From contig NC_045697.1 of assembly GCF_009834535.1 (NCBI RefSeq), positions 15,874,001 through 15,938,000 of the forward strand: a stretch of 64,000 bases of DNA, read 5' to 3'. This DNA is from Camelus ferus (Eukaryota). The stretch's first letter is position 1. Each line of letters starts with the position of its first letter. Both the position numbers and the translations under genes were made by a program. This document shows positions 37,851-52,069 of the stretch, one piece after another. The notes under the pieces are model-generated. The model was not told the DNA's origin, did not search any database, and was given only the letters and a program-made list of their open reading frames with translations.

Positions 37851-40399
37851 ATTAGAATGTCTATGATAAAACTGAGACAAAACAAAGAAATTTACTTTGA
37901 TGTTTCAGCTGACTAGTTTTAACTAAATGCAAATTTCAACTCCCCAGCTAAAAAGCCAACTTCTTTCCTAATTTTGACACAATAGTTTTGGCTCCGTTTC
38001 TTGAAGAATAACCAGGTACCTACACAAACGTTGAGAAGCCCCATGGGCATTTGGCACAGTATATTCATTTCTTCTTTACCAGTGGGGAAAGTTTTTGCAT
38101 TCCAATTTTGTACTCCCACACTCTCCTGTGATGGAAACTGCAAGACCAGACTAGGTAATCGGTAAGTTCTCTTTCTGCTCTAAAATATACACCTCATGCA
38201 TTTCTTTTTCCTCTCTTCCATTCTGTATGCACTTCAGAGCCGACATTGTTCCTCTGCTTATTACGTGCAAGTGCGGCTATTGTGGTCCATGACTTGGGAG
38301 CTGGGTCTTGACTGTGTCTTTCAAATGTGAGCTAATGTGGCTGCGGAGGATGCTAATTTAGGAATAGGATTCAGGTATGTGGATGATGCAGTCATTGTTC
38401 AGAGTAGTGCTCTACTTGGGGTCATCAGTTTTCATCTACTGAGTGGTGTGTTGGGTTTTGAAGGCCATTAAAAATGGCTTCTCTCCCTTTAGTCAAGTAG
38501 ATTTGTTGACATGATTTGACAGTTAGTTTCTGAAGCTGTTGACAGGAAACAAAGGGACAGACCTTTTCTATAAACATTTCTCTCTAGAATTCAGACTCTC
38601 ATTCTTGGCATAAGATTTTGGTCCCACTTTTGCCTAAAATCAATACAGTTAAATTTGTCTGGGCCTAGTAGGATTATATGTGTGTGTGTGCATATTGTTT
38701 TTGTTTTTCTCTCCTTTGAATTCACATATGGTGAGAGAAAAAGGATTTTGTGGCTGGATTGACAGAATGTTTGTGTTGTGTCATTCCTAGCAAAGAAAAG
38801 AATGTAAAACAAAAGCCCCAACTTGGAAGGAGGAAGTTTGTTTAGAACTGGAATTAACCTGTCTTAAACATGATAAATGCCATACTTTTCAAAGGTTTCT
38901 TATACAATTGATTTCTTTCCATATGTTTCTGGTGGTTTAATTTGATTGGCATAGCAAAATATTGCTATTTGATGTGAGGGAAGTTATTTTTAATGCACAG
39001 GACTGTAGGTGTAAATTTTATTTGTGTTAATAATGTTGAATAACCTGCATTTATGTGTTGGGTTTATTTCTGGCTCCTGTGGTACTACGTAATTTGATTG
39101 TCCAATGTTCAGGCGTGGATTTAAATCTTTACACAGCTGGGAATCAGCTGGTCACATTGTATTTACTTCTGCTTGTGGAGTTAGGAAAATGACCACCCTA
39201 AAGACAGGAAGCTATTTCAGAGTTTTCTTCTCTTTTTAACGTACAAAGTTATTTCTATAGAAACTTGATAATTAAGAGCAATTTAACTCTTTACCCAAGT
39301 CTGTTTGAATGACAGGTCTACAAGTACACAGTTCTGACTTTTCCATTCAACAGCTACTCATGTTTAACAAAAGACGTGACATGTTTTTTCTTATTTTTCC
39401 TTTAAACAAATCAACATACTATTTTTAAGCTTTTAAAAGAGATTGAATTTTAAAAAGAGAGATTGAGTAGCAATCATTGGCTGTCACTACATTATGAAGT
39501 GATTCTTTTTAATATTTACCCTGACTACTATAATTTTCAATGCGTGATCAAGTCCTCAGGCCCACAAAGTGGTACCTGGGTTAATATTATTTCCGTAATA
39601 CCAAGCATACTGTTCTCGTGTGTACCAAAACAGACTTCGCGTTTCGCAGGCAATAAAATTATTTGGTCAAGTCTGCACAGCTTCGATTACAATTACAGTT
39701 AACTCATGCAGAACTTCAGTGTGTTTTCGGAGTCTCTTCTACCTCTTAGGCTAACTGTTGGCCAACTAGAGTGGCACTAAGATCACAAAGGCTTTAGCCT
39801 TTAACTTTGTTGTGAAATCATCATAAAATAAACTACCTGTGTCTCAGGAGAAGTGCAAGTTCTTGCCTTGGCTTATCCTATGACCAGTCTGTTCTCTGGA
39901 TCTGATTGTACGGATGTCTAATTTGACACCAAAACAGGGATAGAGGTTAAATTGATTGGGCCCTTTCAATCTTGAATAATTAAACATTCATGGTAGTAGA
40001 GCCAACAAACCAATATTCACTCCATCTGTTTTCATCAGGAATGACAGAAATGTACTCAAGAACATCAGTTGGCAAACAAATATCTATTGAGTGTTTGGAT
40101 GGTACTGGTGGACATGAAGGTATGTGGAACCTGTCTTCAAGAAGCATAGAATCAAGTTGCTGAAATAACTGGTGCTTAGGTGTATGAAAAGTCACTCAGC
40201 AACACTGTGATGCAAACTAGTAATAAACTATATCTTAATTGCCAAATGAGGGGTGTAGCAGACACCACAGATGCCCTTAGTAAGTTTATCTACTTGAACC
40301 TGAGTAATCGAACTGGAGTAAATTTTTTCTCCCTCCTCTCTCTTTTTTATATTGCATTCTTTGGAACAGAGTGGATTTTTCTGCTTAAATAAGCAAGAG

Positions 40400-40625
40400 C
40401 AGTAAATAATATCAGCTAATATTTATTGATTAGTCCTTATGTGCTGAGCACAGGTGCATTACCTCATTTGAGAGTTCCAAATCCACCAAAATAGGTCCTA
40501 TGATCCTTGTTTTACAGATGAGGAAACTGAGGCCAGAATAACTTGCTGAAGTCTGCCCAGCTGGACTAGAGCTGGGATTTAAATCTGGGCAGTCCAGGCT
40601 GAGAGCTTGTGGCTGCACCACCACA
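40400..40625 (-). mobile_element. MIR SINE
   Basis: ttttacagatgaggaaactgaggccaga core. Confidence 0.82.
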
Positions 40626-41649
40626 CCACCTACCTCTCCAGTACCCCTGATTCCGGGGTGCACCAAGAGAGGCGTCTGGCTACAGAGAGATAGCTTCTCA
40701 CTGCAAGTTTACTTTCACAGTGCTCCAATTAGTACACAGAAAGCTCATTTACTAAACAGGCTCTGAGTAATTGGCTAATAGGCTTTTGGTGAGCAGTGTC
40801 CTCCAGAGGGCTGTTTCCATAGCCTGATGCATTGGGCAGTCAAGCCCGGGGTTGTTAATCCCATTCTAGGATAGCAGAGCCGGGTACACTAAAGCTGCTA
40901 GAAAATAGTTCCCTACTGAAAATGCAAACCGGATCAGTAGAGCCTGGCTCTAGCTTCCAGAAGGCAACACTAGCAGCCCAGCCAGGAGGTCCTGGATATC
41001 TGCGTTGGTGTACTCAAGAAATTAAGGGTAGAGTGGGGCTCTCAACTTTCATATATGGGTTAAAGCAATGAGAGCCTGTGTCTGGAATTCCCCCCCGCCT
41101 CCCCGAGTCCATAGGCTCTGAAAGCACCATGAGGAACACGAAAATGGGTCAAGTCGCTGACTTACCTCTATGTGGTTCTGACTGTCGCGGCTCTAGATAG
41201 ATCCTCCCTACAGGAGGGATGCCAACAGGCAGATTCTTTGCCCCAATGGATAATACTTAATGCTGACGCCTCTTTGTGCCTCATTTGCTTTAGCTATAAA
41301 ATGGAGCGATAATACCTACTGGGTAGAATTGTTGTGGGGATTAAGTGAGTTGATAAATCTGAATTTCTCAGAAGAGGGCCTGGGTGTTCAATATGCATTC
41401 ACTATCATAGTTATTATTTTGCTACTATTATTATGGGTATTTGATTTTGCAGTGGAAAGAAAATGAGATTTTGAAAGAGTTCTTCCCTCTGCTACTTGTG
41501 GGAGCTTGAGCAAGTCACTTGGTCTCTGTTCAGGGCTCTCATCTGAGATGAGGCTCCCGCAGCCTCATAGGGTTGTTTAAAGAAAGAATAAAATACTATC
41601 TGTCAATTTTATTTGTAAACTGTAAGGCCTCATGTGCGTTTTCATTTTT

Positions 41650-42435
41650 AATTTCCCCAGTCTGACTCTTCTATTGAATTCCATTTCTTATGAACCCAAC
41701 TGACGCAGCTATAAAACTGGGAATCATATTAAACCCTTCCTCTCAATTAGTTGGCTATAAGATTTGACTCTTTTTCTTAGTATCTCTAGTATCTGGCCCT
41801 TCCCTCCTAACCATTGCAATTGCCTCACATTGTAAGGCTCTGGCAGCCTCCTAACTGGCCTCCCAGACTCCAGTCTTCAGTCTGCTGGCAGAATGATTGT
41901 CCAAAAGTGCAAATTCGTTTTTCCCATTCCCCTACTGAAAACTCCCTCATGGTTTCTCATTGCCTTCAGCATAAAATTCCAATTTATTAGCATAGTGAGC
42001 AAGGTCTCGCATGATATGGCTTTTTACACACTTTTGACACACTCCCCCAGGGTCACCCTTACCCTTTTGCCTTTATCGATGCCCTGTGTCACACCAAATT
42101 AGACAGAGTTCCCCATAATGTGTCCTTGTCTTTTTCTTGTGCTTTCTGGCCTTTTCCTCCTCATTATCTTCCACCTGCCTTCAAGATTATTCATTCTAGC
42201 ATCAACTACTCCAAAGAAGCCTTCTCTGACATCCCTTTTCCCCAGTGATGCCCTGAGTTAGGAGGTCCTCTTCTGTGCCCCTATCATACATAGTGATTGC
42301 TCTGATCACATTGTTAATGGATCCTCTATGTTTTTCTCTTCATTATAAGAAAGAGGAACCCTGAGGATTAGGATCTCTGCTTGCTTCTGTTTTCCCAGTG
42401 GCTTAGAAAAAAATGTTGATTGAGTGAAAGAATAA
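41650..42435 (+). mobile_element. L2 LINE fragment
   Basis: gcagcctcctaactggcctccc...cattgccttcagcataaaattccaa...aaatgttgattgagtgaa. Confidence 0.68.
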
Positions 42436-42539
42436 ATATTATGCTCAATGAAAATGAGATGATGTGGTTGTCCTTCAAGAATCATCTCCAAGTTGCTAAT
42501 CTGCTCCACTCTACAAGAGTTTTCAAAGGAGACCATCCT

Positions 42540-42740
42540 TGAGACATGTTATCAGATGCATGACTTTGGGCAAATAACACAGCCTCCCAAGTCTAATTTT
42601 TCTCATCTTGTAAAATGGGAATAATGAGTATCTACCTTATAGTACTGCTGGGAAGGACAAAGTAAATATGCCTAGAAAACTCTTAAAACAGTGCTTGGTA
42701 TCCAGGAAACACACAGTGAATGTAAATTACTACTATCTTA
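42540..42740 (+). mobile_element. MIR SINE
   Basis: tctcatcttgtaaaatgggaataatg. Confidence 0.65.
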
Positions 42741-43759
42741 TTGGCTCCAAATGGGAGTGATTTCACCCTATCGTTCATTCATGAAAGTGGCTCTTGGAGG
42801 TGGTCAATGAAAGTTTGGATGGGAGAGGTGGTCTGTAGGAGGTGGTCTATAGGTTTTCTTGACTTCAGTGAAGTAGTTGCTCATAAGAGGATGGATTTAT
42901 TGTCATCCAAGCAAAGCCAATATCTATCAAGGAAAACAATGAAATTCAACAACTTGTAGAGGTCTGGCATAAGCAAGAGAAAACCAAATATCTGTTGACC
43001 CCATTGTCTCCTGGTTTGATGATTTTCTCTGCCCTGCTGTTTACAGTGAAAAGAGTTTTCTATTCTCTTGTGCATGCTCTGCTCTTTCTCTCTTACTGCT
43101 GATGTCTCTTAGGAATCTATGTTTTTTAATATTCAAAACTAGGAAAGATTAACTGATATATGAGAGACGGTGAGGTCAAATGAAAAGAGACACTGGTGGG
43201 ACCGGCCCCTGCTTGGTGTCAGGCATCTGTCCAGAATTCCTTTGACACTTCATCCCCTATGGCCACCTACACAGCTGTAATCAGCAGTCTTCCAAAGCAT
43301 AAGTAAAATGCAGGAAATAAAAGGTTCTTCTCTACTTCCTAAGCAGGAGTGTGAATGCTCTTGAAGATGAATCAGGGTCTTGGGAAGAACGTGGGCTTTG
43401 GAGGCAGACAGCTAGGTTTATACATTTTCTCTGTTACCTGTTCTCCTGATCACCTTGAACATGTTTACTTTCTCTGAACTTCACTTTCTGTGTCCATATA
43501 ATGAACAGAACAGCATCTGTCTTTAAGAGTTGTTGTGAACGGTATGGTTTTTAGCAGTAAATCATAGCTGCTTCTTTTCCTATGTGCTTAGTGGTGTCAG
43601 ATGTCAACTTGGGTAATCCTATGCTGTTCCCCTTGAGTCTGAAAAGTCTGGAAACATAATGCCCTGGCTGCATATTTGTGAATCATTGTTGAGAGCCTGG
43701 AGATAAAAACAGTTTAGAGATGCTGTTGGTTGCAGTGGGTAAATGTTTTTCCCTGCTGT

Positions 43760-43866
43760 CCTTCCTCCTTCCCTCCCTTTCTCTTGCCTCTTCTCTCCCT
43801 CTTTGCCACCTCTCTCCTTTATTCCCTTCCTCCCTCCCATCATCCCTCCATCTCTTCTTCTCTTTT
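43760..43866. repeat. CT-rich low-complexity tract
   Basis: Near-pure pyrimidine run on the + strand. Confidence 0.8.
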
Positions 43867-46800
43867 GTACCCTCAATGCACTTGTGAAATAACAACCCCT
43901 GGTTGAAGAAGCTCGTCTTCTTGCATATTACCCATGGCATCATCAGACCTCTGGAAAGCAACAGTTACTTTTTCATGTCTCCAGGTCTACCCTGTCATTC
44001 CATAGTCAAAATAGTTCTTTCGTCTACCATTATTTGTGCTATGTTCTTCATTTCGAAGTCCGTATGATATAGTTCTTCTCTGATACAAATCCAAAGGTTC
44101 CCTGCGTTCCAGGGGAATAGGATAGGATGCTAGCAAGCAAGTCTCGGCCGCTCCGTCACTCTGACTAATGATTAGGCTAAGCCATCTTACACAAAAACCA
44201 TTCCTAAAATCCTAAAATGTTCCTCTATATACTGTTTTGGGGGTAGAGAAATAAAAGACTTCTGAATTATACGTAGATTTTTAGTTTGGGAAGAACCCTA
44301 GAGAGATTCTAATGTCATAAAGACCTATAAAGATCACCCATTCCAAAGCCATCATTGGATTGTATACACAATATCAGACACACGTCTTATTTGTGCAGAA
44401 GCTAATTACAGGCAGAGACAGAAATAGGACTCTGGGCCTCAAACCATATCACATTGCCTGTGGCCTGGGGAAAGGCCTTGAAAAGTGACACATGGGCAAA
44501 GTTCCAACCCTGATATGGCTCATACCTTCTCTTTCTTGACTAATGAGTGAACTCATAGTTATCTTTCAAGTTTTGATTCAAACGCCTGTTCTTCTGGAAA
44601 GCTGTCCATGAACTTCCCCGGAGAGCTAAGTCAGCCCCTCTGTGTCCCCACAGGGTCTTTCTGTATTCCCCACCCAGTTCTTTGAGGCTCTGTCTTCCCA
44701 ATGAGACCATCAGCTCCTGTGGGCAGACACTATATGCTACCTAATCTCTGAATCACCCCACTGGGCCTGGAGTCTGGCACATAATAGCTGCTCATTAGAT
44801 GTTTGTTGAGTGAATAATGGACAAACTGTGCTTCTCAAATGTGGGGATCAGAGGTGGGGTCACAGGGCTCACCTGTGAGGGGAAGCTATTCATATCCCCC
44901 TCTGCCTTGGCCCCTGTTGATGCTCCTGTCAAGTGCTCTGCTGTCTTTGAGGAGCTGCATGACTGAACTGCTGCTTTTCTTTTCTGGCCGACTGGAGGGT
45001 TCCACAGGCAATAACGTTGGCAACTCCAAAATTTAGGAAGAGAGATATTTCATGGCCCTCACTTTGAGGTCTACAAGAAGTTTTATCTTCTGAATCCGTA
45101 TTGATTGCAGCTTACCAAAGTACCGCAAACCTATATGATTAAAAAGAACGAGACCACTCATTGATGGGCAGTGCATGGCTGAGGGTAAGAGAAGACAGAT
45201 TCTTCAGGTGCCTGGACTTTCTAATTGTACTGGCTGGGGAAGCTTATTAAAGCCTTGCAGGTGCAATGTTTCATCACAGAGTAGTGAACCTTTGAAAGAT
45301 ATGCATAATAAACAGAGTTTGAAATGTGTTTTTATTCCAGGCCATATGGTCCTGTCTGGAGCTTTCCTGGATCTTTGGGTCAGTTCATTGTTGAAAGATG
45401 GGCTTGCAAGCACTCACCTCTCGGAGCAGCTGTCAGAGCCCTATCAGAATGAATCTGCTTTTGCGTGATTATTTATTTTATGTGGTTCTGAAACGAGCCC
45501 AGCTTCGCTCGGTAGCAGAAATGTGCTGAGCAAAGTCTCTCCCCTGAACAGCTTGTGGTCACATCACCAAGCAGTGTCCTTCCTTGTCCTTAAAAAGCAG
45601 ACCAGTGAGACTTGTCCGATAGGCCGGGACAGGCAGCCTGGGTGAGGTGTACTCACCTGGGCTTGAACTTGGTGCCAGCAATATGAAAACGTACACGGTA
45701 GCATTTTGTAGATGTGTCACTGTTCTTTCTTCCCAACTCTCTGCTGCTCACTTTCCTACATCTCTTGACTCAAGGCAATTATAGCAGCCACTGTGCACAA
45801 GCATTTGAAGTATTTTTGTGATGTTATTGTGGTGAGGAGGATGCTAACACTGGCTTTCTTTCCTTTGTTATTAACAAAAGGAGGCATTGACTTCTCTGAG
45901 AATGGCCTTTTGAGGGTTATTTAATATAATTTAGTCAATATTTATTGCATAGGTGTAGGAATATCAGTAACTGACAAGAGGCATGGTCCTGAAGTCAAGT
46001 GTTCACAGAAAAATACCCCAGCATCTGAAATGCACTGTGAGTTGATCAGATTGGAAGGAGATATTTCTTTCTCTTTATTTGCATAAGGTGAATTTGAAGT
46101 TGAATTTTGTCACCTTGGTCAAGAAAATAATCTTGCATTCTTGAGAATGATCTTTTCTCTCCTCTCCTCTTGCTAACATTATGTTCAGGATCCTCTATGT
46201 GTGGTCATTCACTCACTGAAGCAATGTCCACTAGACAACTAACCTGCACCGGCCACTGTGCTGAGCTTTGGGAATATAAGATCTGAGTGCTTCATGTCCT
46301 CATGGAGCTTTGAGTCTGGAGTAGAAGACAGACACTGAACAAATAGTTAATTTCATGCCTTATTCATGTTTCAAAAAGGAAGTTAATGGTGTTGAGTGAA
46401 CTCAAGTAACAGAGAAGCGACATATGGGGTCTTTGTTCTTCTCCAGTTCTGCATTAGATTTCCACCCCCAACCCCTCCCAAATGAGAATCACTCCTCTAA
46501 AAAGTTACTTGTATATAGTAGATGCCATTTTGTACAAAGTATTTTGTGGCTTTAAGGGAGGAATGAAAGAAATAAATGAAGAAGGAAGTATTAATATTAA
46601 GCCATTTATTCGGGGCATGGTTTGACAAATTACAATTCCAAAGCCTTACATCAGTTTTAGATCAAAACAACACATTTTTATTCTGCCCTCACATGCAGTT
46701 ACGCACTTTTTTATTTACCCATCGTGCCTATTTTTCCACCTCTAGAGCCACAGAACCTAGAACTCAGCTTTCCGCCTGTGTATAGAAACACAGAACTTTG

Positions 46801-47491
46801 ATATTTCTATCTAGGGTACCAGCTACTTTCTTTCAGGGCAATTCTTAGATGGCTGTAGTTATTAGAGATGGGCTATTACTATATCCAAGTAGATCAACAT
46901 TCTCATAGCCCCCCAAAATAATGGCTATTCCAAAGTGTGTACCTCAGGCCCAGGGATAAGGACATATGATGGGAGATGTTTTCTTCTGAAGATCTACTAT
47001 GGTACCCTAGGGACTTCTGGGACCCAGGAGCCACCAGTCAAGCTTAGTACTGTGCCCAGGAGAGTGGAGTGACATTGACCAAGAGCACTGAGAGCATCCA
47101 GAGATTGTTCTCAAGAAGCAGAAAATACGCAAAAAGACTACTCCAGAAATGCAGCCAAAGGCCAAATGAAATGTTGGGAATCAGAGATGAAGTGTGGTAG
47201 CAGCAGATGAGGCAGCGGAGAAGCTTTTGGGAAATGTCAGAGAATGGGAAGCCAGTGGAAAGGGATGGCGAATCTTAGGTCTGAATGGGTGAAGAGTTGG
47301 GGCTGGAAGCAGAGGCTGGTTTCCCCTGGGATAGAAGCAGCTAGCTGTGCAGGAACAGGGATTCAGGTGCTGGGCAGGGGCTTGGCATCAATGGTTGTTG
47401 AAGTCTTGGTTGTTCAGCCTGGAGAGGATATGATTCTACTACCCAGATGGGAATAGTGAGACCAGAGCCCTACTAGGGTCATAGTAAGATG

Positions 47492-47647
47492 ATTCCCTCC
47501 CTCCCTCCCTCCCTTCCTCCCTTCCTTCTTTCCTTCCTTCCTTCTTTCCTTCCTTCCTTCCTTCCTCTCTCCCTCTCTCCCTCTCTCCCTCTCTCCCTCT
47601 CTTCCTCCTCCCATGTCTCTTTCCCTTCCCCTCTCCTTCATTCCTTC
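47492..47647. repeat. (CCCT)n/(CCTT)n compound polypyrimidine repeat at an L2 tail
   Basis: ccctccctccctccctcccttcctcccttccttctttccttccttcc... Confidence 0.9.
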
Positions 47648-49210
47648 AAGAAGTGCTTATTTAACCTCAGCTGTGTGTTAAGTGCTAGTCTCAGGGCTGT
47701 GCCTACTGAAAATAATACAGACAAAGCCCCTTTTATCTCATGGGAGTTTTAATCTTCTAGGAAAGATCAATCATAGAAAATAAGTAAATACATGAGCAAG
47801 ACCTTTTCACTTAATAATAAGGGCCACCAAGAAAATAGTGCAGGATATGTGAGAGGGAATGGGGTAGTTGGGAATATAGACAGTGGCATGAAAAAAGGCC
47901 TCTTGTGGAGGCGAATTTGAATTAAGACCTGAATGGCAACAAAGAGCCGTCAGGTAAGGACCTAGAGGAGTGATCCAGGCAGAAGGAAAGTCAGCGTAAA
48001 GGCCATCCGATAACAAAGAACTCAGCACATTTTAGGAAGAGAAAGGAGCCCAGTTTGCCTGGAGAATGGCCAGTGGAGGGCAGGAGGGAGAAGACGTAGC
48101 TGGGCAGACGCCTGATCACGTAGGACCTTAAAGGTCAGCTAAAGATTTAAAATTTTGCACTAAGTGAAATAGGAAACCATTAAGTGGGGGAATTAAACAA
48201 GAAAAGGACATGAGGTAAATTGGTTTTTCAAAGATTTATGGTTTCTGGCTCCATTGTGTGCAAGAGTTGTGGCAGGGAGGCTGGCACGGAGGCTACTGCA
48301 GTAGTTTAGAGGGACAGAGAGGTGAATGAAGGCAGAGCCTGGGACAGATTGGCAGTGGGAGAAAATATGGAAAATGGAGAATCAGGCACAGTTTTTGGGC
48401 ATTTGGTGGGAAGAATTGAGTAGATGGTGCCATTTGTTGGGATTTGAAAAGCTAGAGTGGATGCAGATTTGAGGAGTGGGTTAAGAGTCAAGAGTTGGAT
48501 TGTATACCCATTAAATTGTATTTACTTACTTTAAACATTTAAAATAAAACTTAGAATTTTAAAATAAATTTTTAAAATTTCAAAATTAAAATACATTTAG
48601 AAATATTGAAATAAAATTTACCATTTTAACCATTTTCAAGCTTAGAGCTCAGTGGCATGAAGGACCTTCACCTTGTTGTGCAACTGTCCCCTCCATCCAT
48701 CTCCAGAACTTGTTTGTTTTCCCAAACTGAAACTTTGTACCCATTAAACAGTAACTCCCCATTGCTCCTCCCTTCCTTCCCTGGTAGCTACTTTCCTACC
48801 TTCTGTCTCTGTGGATTTGACATTCTAGATACCTCATGTAAGTGGAATCATACAATATATGTCTTCTATGTTTGGCTTGTTTTACTTAGCATGTCTTTAA
48901 CATTCATCCATGCTGTGGAATGTATCAAAATTTTATTTTTCAAATGTTGAATAATATTCCATTGTAGGTATATACTACATTTTGTTCATCCATTCATCCG
49001 ATGATGGACATTCGTGCTCTTTCCATATTTTGACCATTATCAATAATGCTGCTCTGAACATTAGTGTACAAATAAACATGTTAAATTTTAAATTTCATTT
49101 AGGCCACAAGAAGAGAAGTAAAAGAATCAATTATGTATGGATTTTATAGGTAAGGGAGATGCCAGAGCTGGAGATACACGTTTTGCAGTCATTACATAGT
49201 ATTTGACCAG
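47648..49210 (-). mobile_element. L2 LINE interrupted by an L1MB-like insertion
   Basis: cagacaaagcccc...gaatttgaattaagacctgaatgg...gtagatggtgccatt; resumes at about 49080 (gagctggagatacac). Confidence 0.7.
48595..49075 (-). mobile_element. L1MB-like 3' end
   Basis: aaaattttaccattttaaccattttcaag...cccaaactgaaactttgtacccattaaaca...acctcatgtaagtggaatcataca. Confidence 0.85.
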
Positions 49211-50219
49211 AGGACCCATGAACTGAATTGGATTGTGGCCCCAATTCTGTTTAGAATTCTAGTGAGCTAAGCTGAACAACATGACAGCTTTTTGCCAAGG
49301 TAGAGGCAGGTTAGAATTAGTTTAAAGCCCATGTTAAAATAGGCTGAAAAGGCCACAACTTCCCCTAAATTCATCTTAGGATAACTGAACTTATCCTTCT
49401 AACAGGATAACACACACACACACTATACCACACTCCAGGAAATGGAACCAGAGCAACAGATTAGAGGAGAGGGTTCATTTACCCTGCTCCCCTCGCCCCA
49501 CCAAGCCTGCCTCTCTTCTGGGCCTGAGCAAGTCCAGAAGCTCAAACAGGGAAAAAAGAGACTTTGAACAAAGTCTGCACATTGGCAAAATGTGCTCCAA
49601 GGGGAAAGCATCTGTGCCATCTTACCGCTCCGACTTTGAGAGCGCATGAAAGAGAGACCCCTACCTGTGCAGTTTATAGCTTCATAACCTGATCCCTTTA
49701 AAACTATCACCCTAGAAAAACTTGGATCAATTACTGAGTGCTCCTCTTTCTCATTGCTGCAAGATTTTTGGTTTTTATCTTGAATTTTCCCAGGAGAGAT
49801 ATAAGAAGATTACGAAAAGTGTGGAGAAGACTTGAGAATTTCCCCTCCACTATAAGCACTAGATTTTTGCTTGTAAGCAATTGATGAAACAGGTGCCACC
49901 CCCACTGACTTGTGATCTGACCACGTGATTCCCATGGTGGCTTTGACTCTTGCATGTCACCCACAGTCCTAGATTTGCAATTTTTCTAGACTTGCAATCT
50001 TTCCATGGTGTTCTGATAGAAGGATTATGAGCTCTCGAGTCAGACAACCTTAGCATTTGTTTCCAAATTTTCCCCTTTTAGTTGTGTGACTTTGGTCATA
50101 TTACATCCACAGGAAGTGTCACCTATGGTTGTATCAGATCAAGAACATGGGGCATTTCTGGTCCTCCTTGTCATCTCTCCTTCCAGCTTATCTTTAAATG
50201 TTGGAATAACATAAAGCTT

Positions 50220-50885
50220 GTAACAAGTCTTGTTTTCTTATTCTCTAAATTCTATTCAACAACCATGATTTCAGTTACCACTTCTGTGTGATAACTCCAA
50301 AATTTACATTTCCATCTCAGACCCTTCTTTAAGCTCTTTATTTGTCTATCCAGTGGCCTGTTCAACTTTTCATTTGGAGATCAAAAAAGGCACTGAATGT
50401 CACCCAAAGCTTGATTCATTATTTTCCATCCCTTTTCTCCAAAACTTGTGTGTACCCAGTATTTCCTAACTTAGAGACCGACAACATTGTCCATCATATA
50501 GTGCTAACCTTGCTGCCTTATCTCCTTCACCCCTGATCTCCAGTAAATTTTTCAATCCTGCTGATTTTATCTGAGTATCTGTTGAATCCACCCTATTCTC
50601 TGTCTTCACTTATGCCGGCCCAGACCAAGTTCCCTTCACCTCTCTCATGATTTACTGCAATCGCTCTTAAATGCTCTCTTGGATTCCATTCTTGTTACAT
50701 GCAAATCTATTCTCCATGGAGGTCATAGTAATCTTCTAAAAATGCAAATTAGCTAAACTTACTCCCTTGCTTAACTCCTTCAAAGGCTTTTCATTGCTGT
50801 TGAGATAAAGATCAAAACCCTTAAAGTCTTTATAAGGACCTGCATGCCTCAGTCTGCCTTCTGGCTCTCTCTGCTTCTCTCCCTG
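50220..50885 (+). mobile_element. L2 LINE fragment
   Basis: gataactccaaaatttacatttcca...ctccttcaaaggcttttcattgc...ataaagatcaaaaccctt. Confidence 0.65.
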
Positions 50886-50899
50886 TATTTTTTTTCCCT

Positions 50900-51245
50900 C
50901 CGGTTTTTTGAGACGTAATGACATATAACATGGTGTAAGTTTAATGTGTTGATTTGAGACACTTAAATATTGTGAAATAATTCTCACTGTAGCATTAGCT
51001 AAATCCACCATCACCTCACATAATTATCACTTCTTTTTTTTACAAGAACATTTAAGATCTACCTTCTTAGCAACTTCCAATCTCATAATACACTACTGTT
51101 GACTACAATCACTACCCTGTACACTGGATTCCCCCAGACGTATTCATCTTATAACTGAAAGTTTGTACCATTTGAGCAACGTCTCCCCATTTCCCTCACT
51201 CCCCAGCCCTTGGTAACCACCATCCTACTCTCAGTATCCACGAGT
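50900..51245 (-). mobile_element. L1MA-like 3' end
   Basis: agaacatttaagatctaccttcttagcaacttccaa...ccccagcccttggtaaccaccatcctactctc. Confidence 0.8.
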
Positions 51246-51369
51246 CCCTGATGATGCTTTGTGATCCATTAAGCTATATTCTTTAAGCTCCTTAAATGTG
51301 CTGTAATGTTCGATCTTTCACACACGTTCGTTTTTATTAGAGTGTTCTAGTTCCTCATCGTTTAGTTTG

Positions 51370-51940
51370 GAGTGGAAGTCCGTCAGGCTTTCTGGCTGCC
51401 TATAGCACTTGCTGAATACACTCACTCTGTTTTAGGGATATCCAGACTTAAGAGTTTTATCTAGTCAAGGTAGAGAACATTCTCCAGGATTCTTTGGAGC
51501 CAAGGCACACACATGTGATCTAGTCTCCACCAATTGGACTTATTCATGTGAGAATTTAATCTGAAAGCCAGCAGCGTGAGGAAGGTGGAGCCTGTTGTGC
51601 TGGTGAGGACAGCAGCAGAGGCATCCAGCTTTTGAGGATGACAATTCTTATTATGAAGTCTACTTTCTGGTGCAGAAGTAGCTGAGATGCTGGTGGCTGC
51701 TGTGGTTGCAAGAAAGTTGAGTTTGGGGCAGCAAAGTCCAACGTCAGCTGTAGGACTTAGTGTTCGTTGGGTCATTAGCAGTTCAGGAAGTTTCTTCCAC
51801 CCACCAGTTCTGCGGTATGCTTTTGGGCACTGTTCTGAGAGCTTCATTTGAGCCTAGTTTTCCAGCTTAACTCCTTTTATGATTAATTGTCAAGGTCAGC
51901 TTCTGTCAGTTATAAGTAAGAAAGAACCCTGACTGGTAGC
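51370..51940. mobile_element. Old LTR remnant (ERVL/MaLR-like)
   Basis: gccaaggcacacacatgtgatctagtctccaccaattgga motif typical of LTR16/MLT1-class LTRs. Confidence 0.4.
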
Positions 51941-52069
51941 AGTTGATGACTCCAGCTAATCCTTGAGTTTTCAGCTCTAGTTCACTCCAGGAAACTCTTC
52001 CACTTTCCCTGTTCTCCCACCCTCGCCGACCAAGATAGAGCTTCCACTGCCACGTGTTCTCAAGGCTCG

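Noticed and set aside
47414..47752. E/R/G/K-rich and S/L/P-rich ORFs (also 43619-43961 and 55477-55848)
   Set aside because: Translations of simple repeats.
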